Position numbers and translations under genes: made by a program
DNA from: an uncultured Verrucomicrobiota bacterium
GTDB lineage: Bacteria; Verrucomicrobiota; Verrucomicrobiia; Verrucomicrobiales; V1-33
Assembly: GCA_942492905.1 (NCBI GenBank)
Contig: OW818657.1
Coordinates: 5,523,908 to 5,587,907 of the forward strand
Direction: 5' to 3'
Length of the DNA: 64,000 nucleotides
The notes under the pieces: model-generated
Told to the model about the DNA's origin: nothing
The model's input: the letters and a program-made list of their open reading frames with translations, nothing else
Database searches by the model: none
Shown here: piece by piece, positions 43,529 through 52,299 of the stretch
How the letters are laid out: each line of letters starts with the position of its first letter
Position numbering within the stretch: position 1 is the first letter of the stretch

Positions 43529-44995
43529 ATGAAAAAATTCCCACTCCCTATTCTGACAACTGCAGTGCTTTGCTTCCCCGGCCTGGCTTCCGCGCAAATC
43601 GTCATCAACGAATTTCAATACGACGATGCCGGAACCGATGACCGGGAGTTCGTGGAATTATTCAACCCCGGTACTGACCCCGTTGATATCTCAGGCTGGA
43701 TCCTGGGCGGCTTGGATCCCGCCGGAGCCAACACGGCAACGACCATCCCGGCCAGCACCGTCATTGCCGCGGGTGGCTATTACGTGATCGGCCAGACGGG
43801 AGTGCAAAATGTCAACCAGGTGGTTGGCAGCATCTTTGAAAACGACAACGAAACCCTGGAGTTGAGAAACGGCGCCACTTTGATCGACGCCCTCGCCTAT
43901 GAAACCAACAAGGGCGTGGCCTTCGCCTCCGGCGTAAGCACCCAGGTTGGACCTGGTATCTTTGGGAATTTTTCGACCTCCGATCTGGCCGGCACTCCCT
44001 TGAATACCGCCATCAGCTTTGGACGTTTTGTGGATGGACGCGACACCAATAACAATGGGCGCGACTTCGGCATGCGTCCCTCAACTCCCGGTTCGACCAA
44101 TACCGTGGGCGGATTGATGATCTCCTACCAACCCGCCGATCCCTCTGGAGCGGTCACTGGAAGCGGGCTTGCCAGCACGGTCGGTTCCTTCGTCAATGCA
44201 GTCGTCATCGAGCCCGGGATCGTGAGCAGCGCCAATCCCAATGCCATCGCGGCTCCCATGGGCGGCATCACCAAAGCCTATACCGCGTGGGATCCTTCCG
44301 GTGGTGGCAATGGCGTCACCAGCACCGCCGTCTTCGGCAGCATGCAGTCCAGTTTCGTCCTGCAGGCCTACTTTGACACCCGCGCCTTGCCCGTGCAGAC
44401 CAACGCCACCGCTGTGGAGTTCAAAGGCTCCGAAATCACCATGTATGGCATTGGAGCGGGAGATCCGCTCACCAACCTGACCGACCTCACCGGGACGATT
44501 GGATTGACGGCAGCCACGCTTCCCACCGCAGACACCGCCAACGGCTTTACCGGGTATGCCTGGATTTATGAAAAAGCCGGCATTGGCCCTGGAGTAGGAG
44601 GCAGCGCCGCCTCCAACCTGCTTCATCTCGTGAACGCCAATGACGGCGGGGATGCGAGTGTTGGCGGCAATACCCCCCTCGACTGGAGTATCCTCGCCAG
44701 TTATGATCTGGGCACCAGCTCTGACGGGGCATGGTATCAACTCGGTATCGATATTGCCTTGGACGGCACCGGCATTGCCACCTTCAACGGCCAGACCACC
44801 TTGTTCACCGCCACCGGCTTGAACAGCGGCGCTTTTAATGTCGGCTACCGGGAAAATCTTCAAGCCGGAGCAGATGGCACCCCGGACTCCCTGATGCGGC
44901 CCGCCACCTTCACCATCGTCCCGGAAGCGGGCACCCTCGGCCTGCTCACCCTGGGCATTGCTCCGCTTCTGCGCCGCCGCAGAACCCAGCGCTAA
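43529..44995 (+). CDS. Lamin-tail-domain (LTD) protein with PEP-CTERM-like sorting signal
   Basis: Start moved to ATG 43529 (MKKFPLPILTTAVLCFPGLASA). The LTD motif is IVINEFQYDDAGTDDREFVELFN...ISGWIL. The C-terminus VPEAGTLGLLTLGIAPLLRRRRTQR has the pattern VPE, then a TM segment, then an Arg cluster. Confidence 0.8.
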   Translation: MKKFPLPILTTAVLCFPGLASAQIVINEFQYDDAGTDDREFVELFNPGTDPVDISGWILGGLDPAGANTATTIPASTVIAAGGYYVIGQTGVQNVNQVVGSIFENDNETLELRNGATLIDALAYETNKGVAFASGVSTQVGPGIFGNFSTSDLAGTPLNTAISFGRFVDGRDTNNNGRDFGMRPSTPGSTNTVGGLMISYQPADPSGAVTGSGLASTVGSFVNAVVIEPGIVSSANPNAIAAPMGGITKAYTAWDPSGGGNGVTSTAVFGSMQSSFVLQAYFDTRALPVQTNATAVEFKGSEITMYGIGAGDPLTNLTDLTGTIGLTAATLPTADTANGFTGYAWIYEKAGIGPGVGGSAASNLLHLVNANDGGDASVGGNTPLDWSILASYDLGTSSDGAWYQLGIDIALDGTGIATFNGQTTLFTATGLNSGAFNVGYRENLQAGADGTPDSLMRPATFTIVPEAGTLGLLTLGIAPLLRRRRTQR

Positions 44996-45017
44996 CCGCC
45001 CCCGGTTCATTCCTCCG

Positions 45018-45059
45018 CCCGCCTCCTGATTCCCCTCAGGAGGCGGGTTTTTTGTTTTG
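45018..45059 (+). terminator. Rho-independent terminator
   Basis: CCCGCCTCCTGA, loop ttcccc, TCAGGAGGCGGG (a perfect 12-bp stem), followed by TTTTTTGTTTTG. It lies 23 nt after the LTD gene stop. Confidence 0.85.
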
Positions 45060-45145
45060 TATATTCCACCGGAAATCCCTAAGCCTTCCTTTGCCGCCTG
45101 GACATCAGGCTGGTCGGCCATCTGATCCCTTCTCCCATCCCCCGC

Positions 45146-46543
45146 ATGAAAATCACCTTCCACGGCGCCGCCGGCACCACCACCGGCTCCCAGCACCTCA
45201 TCGAGATCAATGGCCAGCGCATCCTCCTCGACTGCGGCCTCTACCAGGGGCACCGCGAGGAAGCCTACAACCGCAACAAACATTTCCCCTTCAACCCTGC
45301 CGACCTCACCGCCGTGGTCCTCTCCCACGCCCACATCGACCACAGCGGGAATCTGCCAAACCTCACCCGCCAGGGCTACCGTGGCAACATCTACGCCACC
45401 CCCGCCACCCGCGATCTCTGCCAGATCATGCTGGCCGACTCTGCCAAGATCCAGACCGCCGACGTCGAATACGCCAACAAAAAACGCGCCCGCAAAGGCC
45501 AGCCCCTCTACACCCCGCTCTACACCCCCATCGATGCCGAAAAAGCCCTCCGGCAATTCGTCACCTTCGACTACCACCGCCCCATGTTCATTGGCGAGGG
45601 CGTCCAGATCACCTTCATCGATGCCGGCCACATCCTCGGCTCCGCCCAGGTCATCCTAGACCTCCATGACCGCGCCACTGGCGAAAAAAAACGCCTCCTC
45701 TTCTCCGGCGATGTCGGCCGCGGCGACAATGACCTCCTGCGCGATCCTGACAACGCCACCGGCATCGACACCATTATCATGGAAAGCACCTACGGCGGTC
45801 GCGAACATGAAATGAGCACCGACTCCCGCGAGCACCTCTGCCGCATCCTCGCCCACGCCCTCAAAAACCGCGGCAAAGTCCTCATCCCCTCTTTCGCCGT
45901 CGAGCGCACCCAGCAGCTCCTCTACGTCATCCACGACCTCATCGAGACCGCCTGCCTCGCCCGCGTCCCCGTCTTTGTCGACAGCCCCCTCGCCGTCTCC
46001 GCCACCGAGGTCTTCCGCCTCCACCCGGAAGGCTTCAACGACACCGTCTACAACTTCCTCTTCGACAAACGCGACCCCTTCGGCTTCGAGGGCCTCGAGC
46101 TCATCCGCTCCCCCGTCGAGAGCAAGGAGCTCAATGGCAAGGACGGCCCCTTCATCATCATCTCCGCCTCCGGCATGTGTGAGGGCGGCCGCATCGTCCA
46201 CCATCTCAAGAACAACCTCGCCGACCCCCGCACCACCGTCCTCTTCGTCGGCTACTGCGCGGAAAACACCCTCGGCTGGAAGCTCCGCGAAGGGCACCCC
46301 GAAGTCACCATCTTCGGCGACCTCATCCCCGTCCGCGCCCGCATCGAAATCCTCGACAGCTTCTCCGGCCACGCCGACCACAGCGAACTCATGGAATACT
46401 TCCACCGCATCACCGGCCCCAAAAAACAAATCTACCTCGTCCACGGCGAGCCCCTCCGCTCTCTCGCCCTCCAATCCGCCCTCATGGAGGAATACCCCGA
46501 CAAATCCTTCACCGTCGCCGAGATGGGCATGACCGTGGAATGA
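45146..46543 (+). CDS. MBL-fold beta-CASP RNA-metabolising hydrolase
   Basis: 465-aa ORF. It starts MKITFHGAAGTTTGSQHLIE, has the motif LSHAHIDHSGNLP (HxHxDH), a beta-CASP middle region and a C-terminal FSGHAD. Confidence 0.9.
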   Translation: MKITFHGAAGTTTGSQHLIEINGQRILLDCGLYQGHREEAYNRNKHFPFNPADLTAVVLSHAHIDHSGNLPNLTRQGYRGNIYATPATRDLCQIMLADSAKIQTADVEYANKKRARKGQPLYTPLYTPIDAEKALRQFVTFDYHRPMFIGEGVQITFIDAGHILGSAQVILDLHDRATGEKKRLLFSGDVGRGDNDLLRDPDNATGIDTIIMESTYGGREHEMSTDSREHLCRILAHALKNRGKVLIPSFAVERTQQLLYVIHDLIETACLARVPVFVDSPLAVSATEVFRLHPEGFNDTVYNFLFDKRDPFGFEGLELIRSPVESKELNGKDGPFIIISASGMCEGGRIVHHLKNNLADPRTTVLFVGYCAENTLGWKLREGHPEVTIFGDLIPVRARIEILDSFSGHADHSELMEYFHRITGPKKQIYLVHGEPLRSLALQSALMEEYPDKSFTVAEMGMTVE

Positions 46544-46570
46544 AGGCGGTCCGCGTTTCGTTCAACCTTC

Positions 46571-46598
46571 TTATCATCGGGGCTGCGCCCGATGATAA
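46571..46598. repeat. Perfect 11-bp inverted repeat (hairpin) between convergent genes
   Basis: TTATCATCGGG, loop gctgcg, CCCGATGATAA. There is no flanking U-tract on either strand, so its terminator function is uncertain. Confidence 0.5.
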
Positions 46599-46607
46599 CG
46601 ATGGGCA

Positions 46608-47042
46608 TTAGGTGTTTGCCTTGTCCTCATCGTCGTTCCCGCTGTAAATATCTAAACCAATCTCAATGCCTCGTTCCCCGAGAGCAGCAAGTGATTGTGC
46701 TGAAAGTGTCATGCCCTCATTGCTGTCATCCAAGAATAAACCGCAAAACAAATCTATTTCGTGCTTTTCGGCGATACTTCGCCATATCGCAAGATCACTA
46801 GTTATCTGGCTCAATATTTCCTGAATCTGACCATCCATGTCCTCAGGCTCTCGATCTGTTGCGCACAGCCGCCACATTCCGATCTCGGCAATCCTGACAT
46901 GGCCTGTTTTCCGACCAACAATCTTCTCGCCCTTGATTTGAGTATGCGTAGGCTTGGCTCCAAGCAGCCAAGTAATCTCGTCTGGAATTAGGTCATCGCT
47001 GCCGATCCGAAGGGTCACAATTGATTTTTGAACGTGCGCCAT
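46608..47042 (-). CDS. DUF4279-like protein
   Basis: 144-aa ORF in an A/T-richer stretch. The layout (LRIGSDDLIPDEITWLLGAKPTHTQIKGE...GMWRLCA..., then two-state C-terminal LFCGLF...GIEIGLDIY) matches my memory of DUF4279. Confidence 0.6.
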   Translation of the reverse strand: MAHVQKSIVTLRIGSDDLIPDEITWLLGAKPTHTQIKGEKIVGRKTGHVRIAEIGMWRLCATDREPEDMDGQIQEILSQITSDLAIWRSIAEKHEIDLFCGLFLDDSNEGMTLSAQSLAALGERGIEIGLDIYSGNDDEDKANT

Positions 47043-47250
47043 ACTTTAGGCTCCATGGGACGGGATTTTGGAGAGGATGACAGTAGATCCCGCCGCCTCC
47101 AAGATAAATCTGCGGGCGGGAGAGTTCCGGATCCCTCTCACCGGCCGGGTGATGGTGACGGGGTTGCTGCCGCGTTCGTTGCCGGCGGTGAGGATGACGT
47201 AGAGTTTGTAGCTGGCGGCGTTGCCGGGGGCGCATGGTCATTGAGCCATG

Positions 47251-47781
47251 CTATTCTGTGTCGCGTCTCTTCTTCCGATTCTGCTCGATCAGCGTGTCAG
47301 CGATATCAACGAGGAGCAACGACGCCTGCATCGAGGCGATGACAAAGATACACCCGAGAACTCCTCCTGCGAGACTGATAACGACGGGAGGACCACTCTG
47401 ATGCTTCAATCCGACGATGACATAAGTGAAGACCAGAATAACAATAGCGCAAATCGAGCAGGTTGCCAATATGTGGATGATGCCACGTAAAGCCCCGTAG
47501 CACGACCGGCGTCGGACCGCCTGCAGAAACGCTGAAGGTGACTGCTCCTGTTCCCCGGTGGAGGCGTGCGACGGTGATGCCAGGGCGTCCTCTGATGGGC
47601 AGACCGAGGAGAGCGCCACCCAATCCGTGCTGCACCTGAGCGCCCCGTGTGACTGGCCTGTCGCCTCCAGAGCCTCGAAATCCCAAGTGATGCTGCCGGA
47701 CTGGATCTGCGCGAGGATTTCGTCAGGCGTGAGCGGGCCGATGAAATCCAAGGTGCCGGGTATTCTAAGCCAGAATTTCAT
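47251..47781 (-). CDS. Hypothetical membrane protein with N-terminal GYF_2/DUF4339-like domain
   Basis: 176-aa ORF. The N-terminal ~60 aa (FWLRIPGTLDFIGPLTPDEILAQIQSGSIT...WVALSSV) resembles GYF-like domains. The C-terminal half has two TM helices and a basic tail. Confidence 0.5.
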   Translation of the reverse strand: MKFWLRIPGTLDFIGPLTPDEILAQIQSGSITWDFEALEATGQSHGALRCSTDWVALSSVCPSEDALASPSHASTGEQEQSPSAFLQAVRRRSCYGALRGIIHILATCSICAIVILVFTYVIVGLKHQSGPPVVISLAGGVLGCIFVIASMQASLLLVDIADTLIEQNRKKRRDTE

Positions 47782-47928
47782 AAGTGGGATGCCTTGTGGA
47801 AGCAGGCCTGACTAGTGATTCACGGACAGAATTGCAAGCGGGGGTTCAACCCTGGCTTCTGCTGGACTGCCGGGGCGGCGAAACGGAAGGGAGGGGTCAC
47901 GGGGTAGCCAAGGCGCGGGGCCGGGCCC

Positions 47929-49296
47929 TCACTCCGCAGGGGGCCACACCACCAGGGTGGGACGGCGGCAGCTTTGCAGGACGGCGAGCGGGACGGAGCC
48001 CAGCTTCTTGTCCGAGAACCCATGGCGGGTGTGGCTGCCCAGACAGACGATGTCGGCGCCAAAACGCTCGGCCGCAGAGCAGATGGAGTGGGCGGTTTCC
48101 TGGCCGCTGGTGACTTCCACCTCGGTGACGATGCCGCGGGCCTCGGCCGGGGCGGGGGCGAGGGCGCGCAGCTTTTCCTCACACGCGGCGATCTGCTGGG
48201 CCTGCTCTTCCTTCCGGGATAACTCTCCGCCGGTCGCCACGGCGCCCAACAGGGGAAGGCGGAAGGACTCGATGTTATGCACCAGCCGGACGGTGCCGCC
48301 AGGCTCGACGATGGAATAAGCATAAGGGGTCTCAAACCCGTGCGGCTCATTGAGGTCCACCGCCACCATGACACGGCGGCATTCCCGGATGCGCGGCCCG
48401 GCCAACGGGGCGGCCGCGGTGGTGGGCACGCAGACCACACTCATGGGCGCATGGTGCAGGAGGGCGCGGGAAACGGAATCGTGCCGGAGGCGGTGCAAGC
48501 CATGGCGTTGATGGGTGCCCACCACCACCAGATCGGCCTGGGCCTGGACGGCCATGTCCAACAAGGAAACATCGGTGCGGCGCCAATCGGCCTGGACGCG
48601 GACCTGGACCTGATTTTCCCCGAGGACGCGCGTGACTTTTTCCCGCAGATCGCGCTCCAGCAGGGCCTGGAGGGCAGCGGGATCATCCGCCGGCCCGATG
48701 GCGCCAAATATGCCCAGGCGGGCCGCCTCCTGAGGCGGCCAGGCGGCATAAGCGACCGTGACTTCACAAGGCCCGGCCTGACGCAGCGCCGCAATCCAGT
48801 GCAAGGCGGCGTCCGCGCTGGCACTGAAATCCGCGCCCACAAAAACCCGCAGCGGCCGGATGCCCCGCGCCCAGTCTTCCAAAGGCGCGGCATCCCTAAC
48901 CACCAGGGTGGGCACGGGCGAAGCCTCGGCGGTGCGCTCCGCCACACTGCCGAGCAGCCAACGCACCGCGCGGCGGCGGCTCAGGGAGGAAACCACCAGC
49001 AGGCGGGCGTGGCGCTCCCCGGCCAGTTGGCAGAGCACGGTATCAGCGTCGCCCTCGATCACTTCGGCGGCGAGTTCCACCCCGGCTTCCCGCAGGCGCC
49101 GGGCTTCCTGATTCAAATGCTCCTGGGTGAGCGGCGACGCGGGGATGACGGAGGCGTGGATCAATTGGAACGGAGCCCCTAACCGGGTGGCCAGCGCGGC
49201 GGCGACATCGGCGGCCTTCTGGGAGTTGACGGAAAAGTCGGTGCCGCAGAGGATGGGGGAGGAGGTCGGGAGGTTCATGGAATTGAGTTTACGCAT
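47929..49296 (-). CDS. Universal stress protein with three tandem Usp domains
   Basis: 455-aa ORF, with an alternative start at 49278. There are three repeats of the Usp pattern (ILCGTDFS...LIHAS; VFVGADFS...VAYA; VMVAVDLNE...LVHN), and the last ends in GSHTRHGF...LGSV...RPTLVV. Confidence 0.8.
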   Translation of the reverse strand: MRKLNSMNLPTSSPILCGTDFSVNSQKAADVAAALATRLGAPFQLIHASVIPASPLTQEHLNQEARRLREAGVELAAEVIEGDADTVLCQLAGERHARLLVVSSLSRRRAVRWLLGSVAERTAEASPVPTLVVRDAAPLEDWARGIRPLRVFVGADFSASADAALHWIAALRQAGPCEVTVAYAAWPPQEAARLGIFGAIGPADDPAALQALLERDLREKVTRVLGENQVQVRVQADWRRTDVSLLDMAVQAQADLVVVGTHQRHGLHRLRHDSVSRALLHHAPMSVVCVPTTAAAPLAGPRIRECRRVMVAVDLNEPHGFETPYAYSIVEPGGTVRLVHNIESFRLPLLGAVATGGELSRKEEQAQQIAACEEKLRALAPAPAEARGIVTEVEVTSGQETAHSICSAAERFGADIVCLGSHTRHGFSDKKLGSVPLAVLQSCRRPTLVVWPPAE

Positions 49297-51715
49297 GAGA
49301 TCCGTCAGGGACAGTCTTTTCGGTGGCCAGGATGGCGAGGGTGGTCTTCAACACGGTATCAGGGTTGAGGGAGATGCTGTCAATCTGCTGCTCGACGAGG
49401 AATTGCGCGAACTCCGGGTAATCGCTGGGAGCCTGACCACAAATTCCGATTTTGCAGCCGTGGGCGCGGCAGGTGGCGATGACCTGGGCGATCATGGTTT
49501 TCACGGCTTCATTCCGTTCGTCGAAAATCGGGGCAACGATCTCGCTGTCGCGATCCACCCCCAGGATGAGCTGGGTCAGGTCATTGGAGCCGATGCTGAA
49601 GCCATCAAAAATCCCGGCAAACCCGGCAGCCAGCACCACATTGCTGGGGATCTCGCACATGACGTAAATCTCCAGGCCATTCACCCCGCGCTTCAATCCG
49701 TGTTTTTCCATCTCGGCCTGCACCTTGAGGCCTTCCCCGATGGTTCGGCAGAAGGGGATCATGACCTTCAGATTGGTGAGGCCCATTTCCTCCCGCACTT
49801 TTTTCACCGCGCGGCACTCCAGCGCGAAGCCGGCCTGATAACGGGGATGATAATAGCGGGAAGCGCCGCGGAATCCGATCATGGGATTCTCCTCGACCGG
49901 CTCGAAGGCCCTGCCGCCGATGAGGTTGGCATATTCGTTCGATTTGAAATCGCTCAGACGCAGGATGACGTCCTTTGGATAGAAGGCGGCAGCCAGCATA
50001 GCCACGCCCTGGGCGAGCTTGTCCACAAAGAACTGAGGCTTGTCAGGATAGCCCGCCGTCATGCGCGCGATCTCGGCCTTGGCGGCAGCATCCTCCAACT
50101 GGTCGAATCCGAGCAGTGCCAGCGGATGGATCTTGATGTAGTTGGTGATGATGAACTCCATCCGCGCGAGGCCGACGCCGTCGTTGGGAATGAAGGAAAG
50201 GGAAAAGGCCTCCTCGGGGTTGGCCAGATTCATCATCACCTTGGTGCGGGGATGGCCCAGTTCCTTGAGGCTGGTGCGGGTCACTTCAAAGGTCAGGGCA
50301 CCATTATAGACAAAACCGGTATCGCCTTCAGCGCAGCTCACGGTGACCACCTGGCCATCCTGCAACGCCTCCGTGCCATCCACCGTGCCCACGATGGCGG
50401 GCACGCCCAGCTCGCGGCTGACAATGGCCGCATGGCAGGTGCGCCCCCCGCGGTTCGTGATGATGGCGGCTGCCTTTTTCATGATAGGCTGCCAGTCGGG
50501 ATCGGTCTTGTCCGTGACGAGGACCTCCCCTTCCTGGAACTGACCGATCTGGGCGGCGCTCCTGATCACCCGCACTTTCCCTGTAGAGATCTTCTCCCCC
50601 ACGCTGCGTCCGGTGGCCAGCACCGCACTGCGCCGGCCCAGCTGATAGGTTTCCAACACATCGGGATTGCGCCGCGACTGCACGGTCTCGGGCCGGGCCT
50701 GGACGATGAACAACTCACCGGTATTCCCGTCCTTGGCCCATTCCAGATCCATCGGCGCCGGGTGACCCCGCTTGGCGGAATAGTGATCCTCCACGATGCA
50801 GCCCCACCGCGCGAGCTCGAGAATCTCGTCATCCGTGAGGGCCAGCCTGGCACGGTCGCCCGGTGAAACGGGGACGTTCTTCACCATCTTCCCTCCGCCG
50901 GTGTCGTAGATGAGTTTGAATTCCTTGCTGCCCACGGTCTTTTGCAGAATAGGCCGGTGCCCGGTCTTCAAGGTGGTTTTGAAGACCATGTATTCATCCG
51001 GCGTGACCGAGCCCTGGACCACATTTTCCCCCAATCCATAGGCCGCACTGATGAGCACGGCATCGCGGAAGCCTGACTCCGTATCGATGGTAAACATCAC
51101 CCCGGAGCAGGCGAGGTCGGAGCGCACCATGCGCTGCACGCCGATGCTGAGCGCGATCTTGAAGTGGTCGAATCCCTTGTCCACCCGGTAACTGATGGCC
51201 CGGTCGGTGAAGAGTGAGGCAAAGCACCGCTGGCAGGTCTCCAGCAAGGCCGCCAGACCCTGCACATTGAGATAGGTCTCTTGTTGCCCGGCGAAGCTCG
51301 CATCCGGCAGATCCTCCGCGGTGGCCGAGGAGCGCACCGCCACATCCAACGGGACCGCACCCGGGCCCTGAAGCTGGAGATACGCCGTGCCGATGAGTTG
51401 CTGCAGATCCGCCGGCAGGGTGGCGCTGCGGATGGCCTGTCTCACGGCATGACCCCGTTGGCTGAGATTCGCCATGTCCCGCGTGTCGAGATCGGCCAGG
51501 GTCGTCCGGATGAAGGCATCCAGCTTCGCCTCACGGATAAAATAACGGAACGCCTCCGCCGTGATGGCGAAACCATCGGGCACCTTCACGCCTTTGCCGG
51601 CGAGCTCGCGAACCATTTCGCCGAGGGAAGCATTCTTGCCGCCGACCAGCGGGATATCGGCGATGGTGATATCGGCAAACCCTCGGATGAAGGAGGATGA
51701 AGTGGGACCGTTCAT
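49289..51715 (-). CDS. ppsA: Phosphoenolpyruvate synthase (pyruvate, water dikinase)
   Basis: Start moved to ATG 51715 (MNGPTSSSFIRGFADI..., then VGGKNASLGEM). The phosphohistidine loop is TNRGGRTCHAAIVSRELGVPAIVG. The C-terminal PEP-utilising TIM barrel has GFSIGSNDLTQL. Confidence 0.95.
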   Translation of the reverse strand: MNGPTSSSFIRGFADITIADIPLVGGKNASLGEMVRELAGKGVKVPDGFAITAEAFRYFIREAKLDAFIRTTLADLDTRDMANLSQRGHAVRQAIRSATLPADLQQLIGTAYLQLQGPGAVPLDVAVRSSATAEDLPDASFAGQQETYLNVQGLAALLETCQRCFASLFTDRAISYRVDKGFDHFKIALSIGVQRMVRSDLACSGVMFTIDTESGFRDAVLISAAYGLGENVVQGSVTPDEYMVFKTTLKTGHRPILQKTVGSKEFKLIYDTGGGKMVKNVPVSPGDRARLALTDDEILELARWGCIVEDHYSAKRGHPAPMDLEWAKDGNTGELFIVQARPETVQSRRNPDVLETYQLGRRSAVLATGRSVGEKISTGKVRVIRSAAQIGQFQEGEVLVTDKTDPDWQPIMKKAAAIITNRGGRTCHAAIVSRELGVPAIVGTVDGTEALQDGQVVTVSCAEGDTGFVYNGALTFEVTRTSLKELGHPRTKVMMNLANPEEAFSLSFIPNDGVGLARMEFIITNYIKIHPLALLGFDQLEDAAAKAEIARMTAGYPDKPQFFVDKLAQGVAMLAAAFYPKDVILRLSDFKSNEYANLIGGRAFEPVEENPMIGFRGASRYYHPRYQAGFALECRAVKKVREEMGLTNLKVMIPFCRTIGEGLKVQAEMEKHGLKRGVNGLEIYVMCEIPSNVVLAAGFAGIFDGFSIGSNDLTQLILGVDRDSEIVAPIFDERNEAVKTMIAQVIATCRAHGCKIGICGQAPSDYPEFAQFLVEQQIDSISLNPDTVLKTTLAILATEKTVPDGSHA

Positions 51716-52003
51716 GGGATTGCGGGTTGGTTTTCCCGGAGGGGAGACAGGCGCCGGAAAGCCTCTTCCGGCAGACAAAATGCAGTCAGGATAAAAAACG
51801 GCAGCGGACGGGAGCCCCGGAGGCAAGGCAACCAGGCGGAAGCAAACTCTTCATAGGTTTATTCTACGGAAAATTAGCCTTCAACGCCTCGCGTATCCAC
51901 GCAAATAGTGCGCTTTTAATGCTCCCGGTAGCGAATCCGCTTGGAGGATTATCTCCGCCCCATCACAATAATCGTCATCGAACCACGGTTCCTCCTTCCC
52001 TGC

Positions 52004-52294
52004 ATGAGGCCATTTGAACCCGTCATCGCCCTGATCCTGCTGATTCTCATCCTTCCCTTGATGGCGGTAGGCTGGGTGGGGCTGCTACTGGTCGGAGCAA
52101 GGCCCATCTTCGTGATGCAGGAGGTTTGGTTCCAAGGAGAGAGGACACGCCTGCTGGCCTTCAACGCCGCCTCCAGCGGATTTGGCGCATGGTTGCAGCG
52201 GATTCCTTCCATTTTGAACCTTCCCTCGCTCTTCCAGGTCATCAACGGCAACCTTCCGCTAGGCCAATGGATGACCTGGATGAATCAGCGGTGA
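52004..52294 (+). pseudogene. Truncated/degenerate bacterial sugar-transferase (WbaP/EpsL-type) remnant
   Basis: 96 aa from ATG 52004. The TM anchor is MRPFEPVIALILLILILPLMAVGWVGLLLVGARPIFVMQE, matching the KRxFDxxxAxxxLxxxxPxxxxIAxxIKxxSxGPVxFxQxR pattern. A piece resembling LDELPQLxNVLxGDMSLVG follows (ILNLPSLFQVINGNLPLGQ). The middle and the catalytic C-terminus are missing. Confidence 0.4.
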
Positions 52295-52299
52295 ACCGG

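Noticed and set aside
44081-45631. Minus-strand ORF of 516 aa
   Set aside because: It spans two + strand genes and runs straight through the strong rho-independent terminator at 45018..45059, so it is not credible as a gene.
49127-50866. + strand ORF of 579 aa inside ppsA
   Set aside because: It is antisense to ppsA, which has the phosphohistidine loop and PEP-utilising motifs. It is a shadow ORF.
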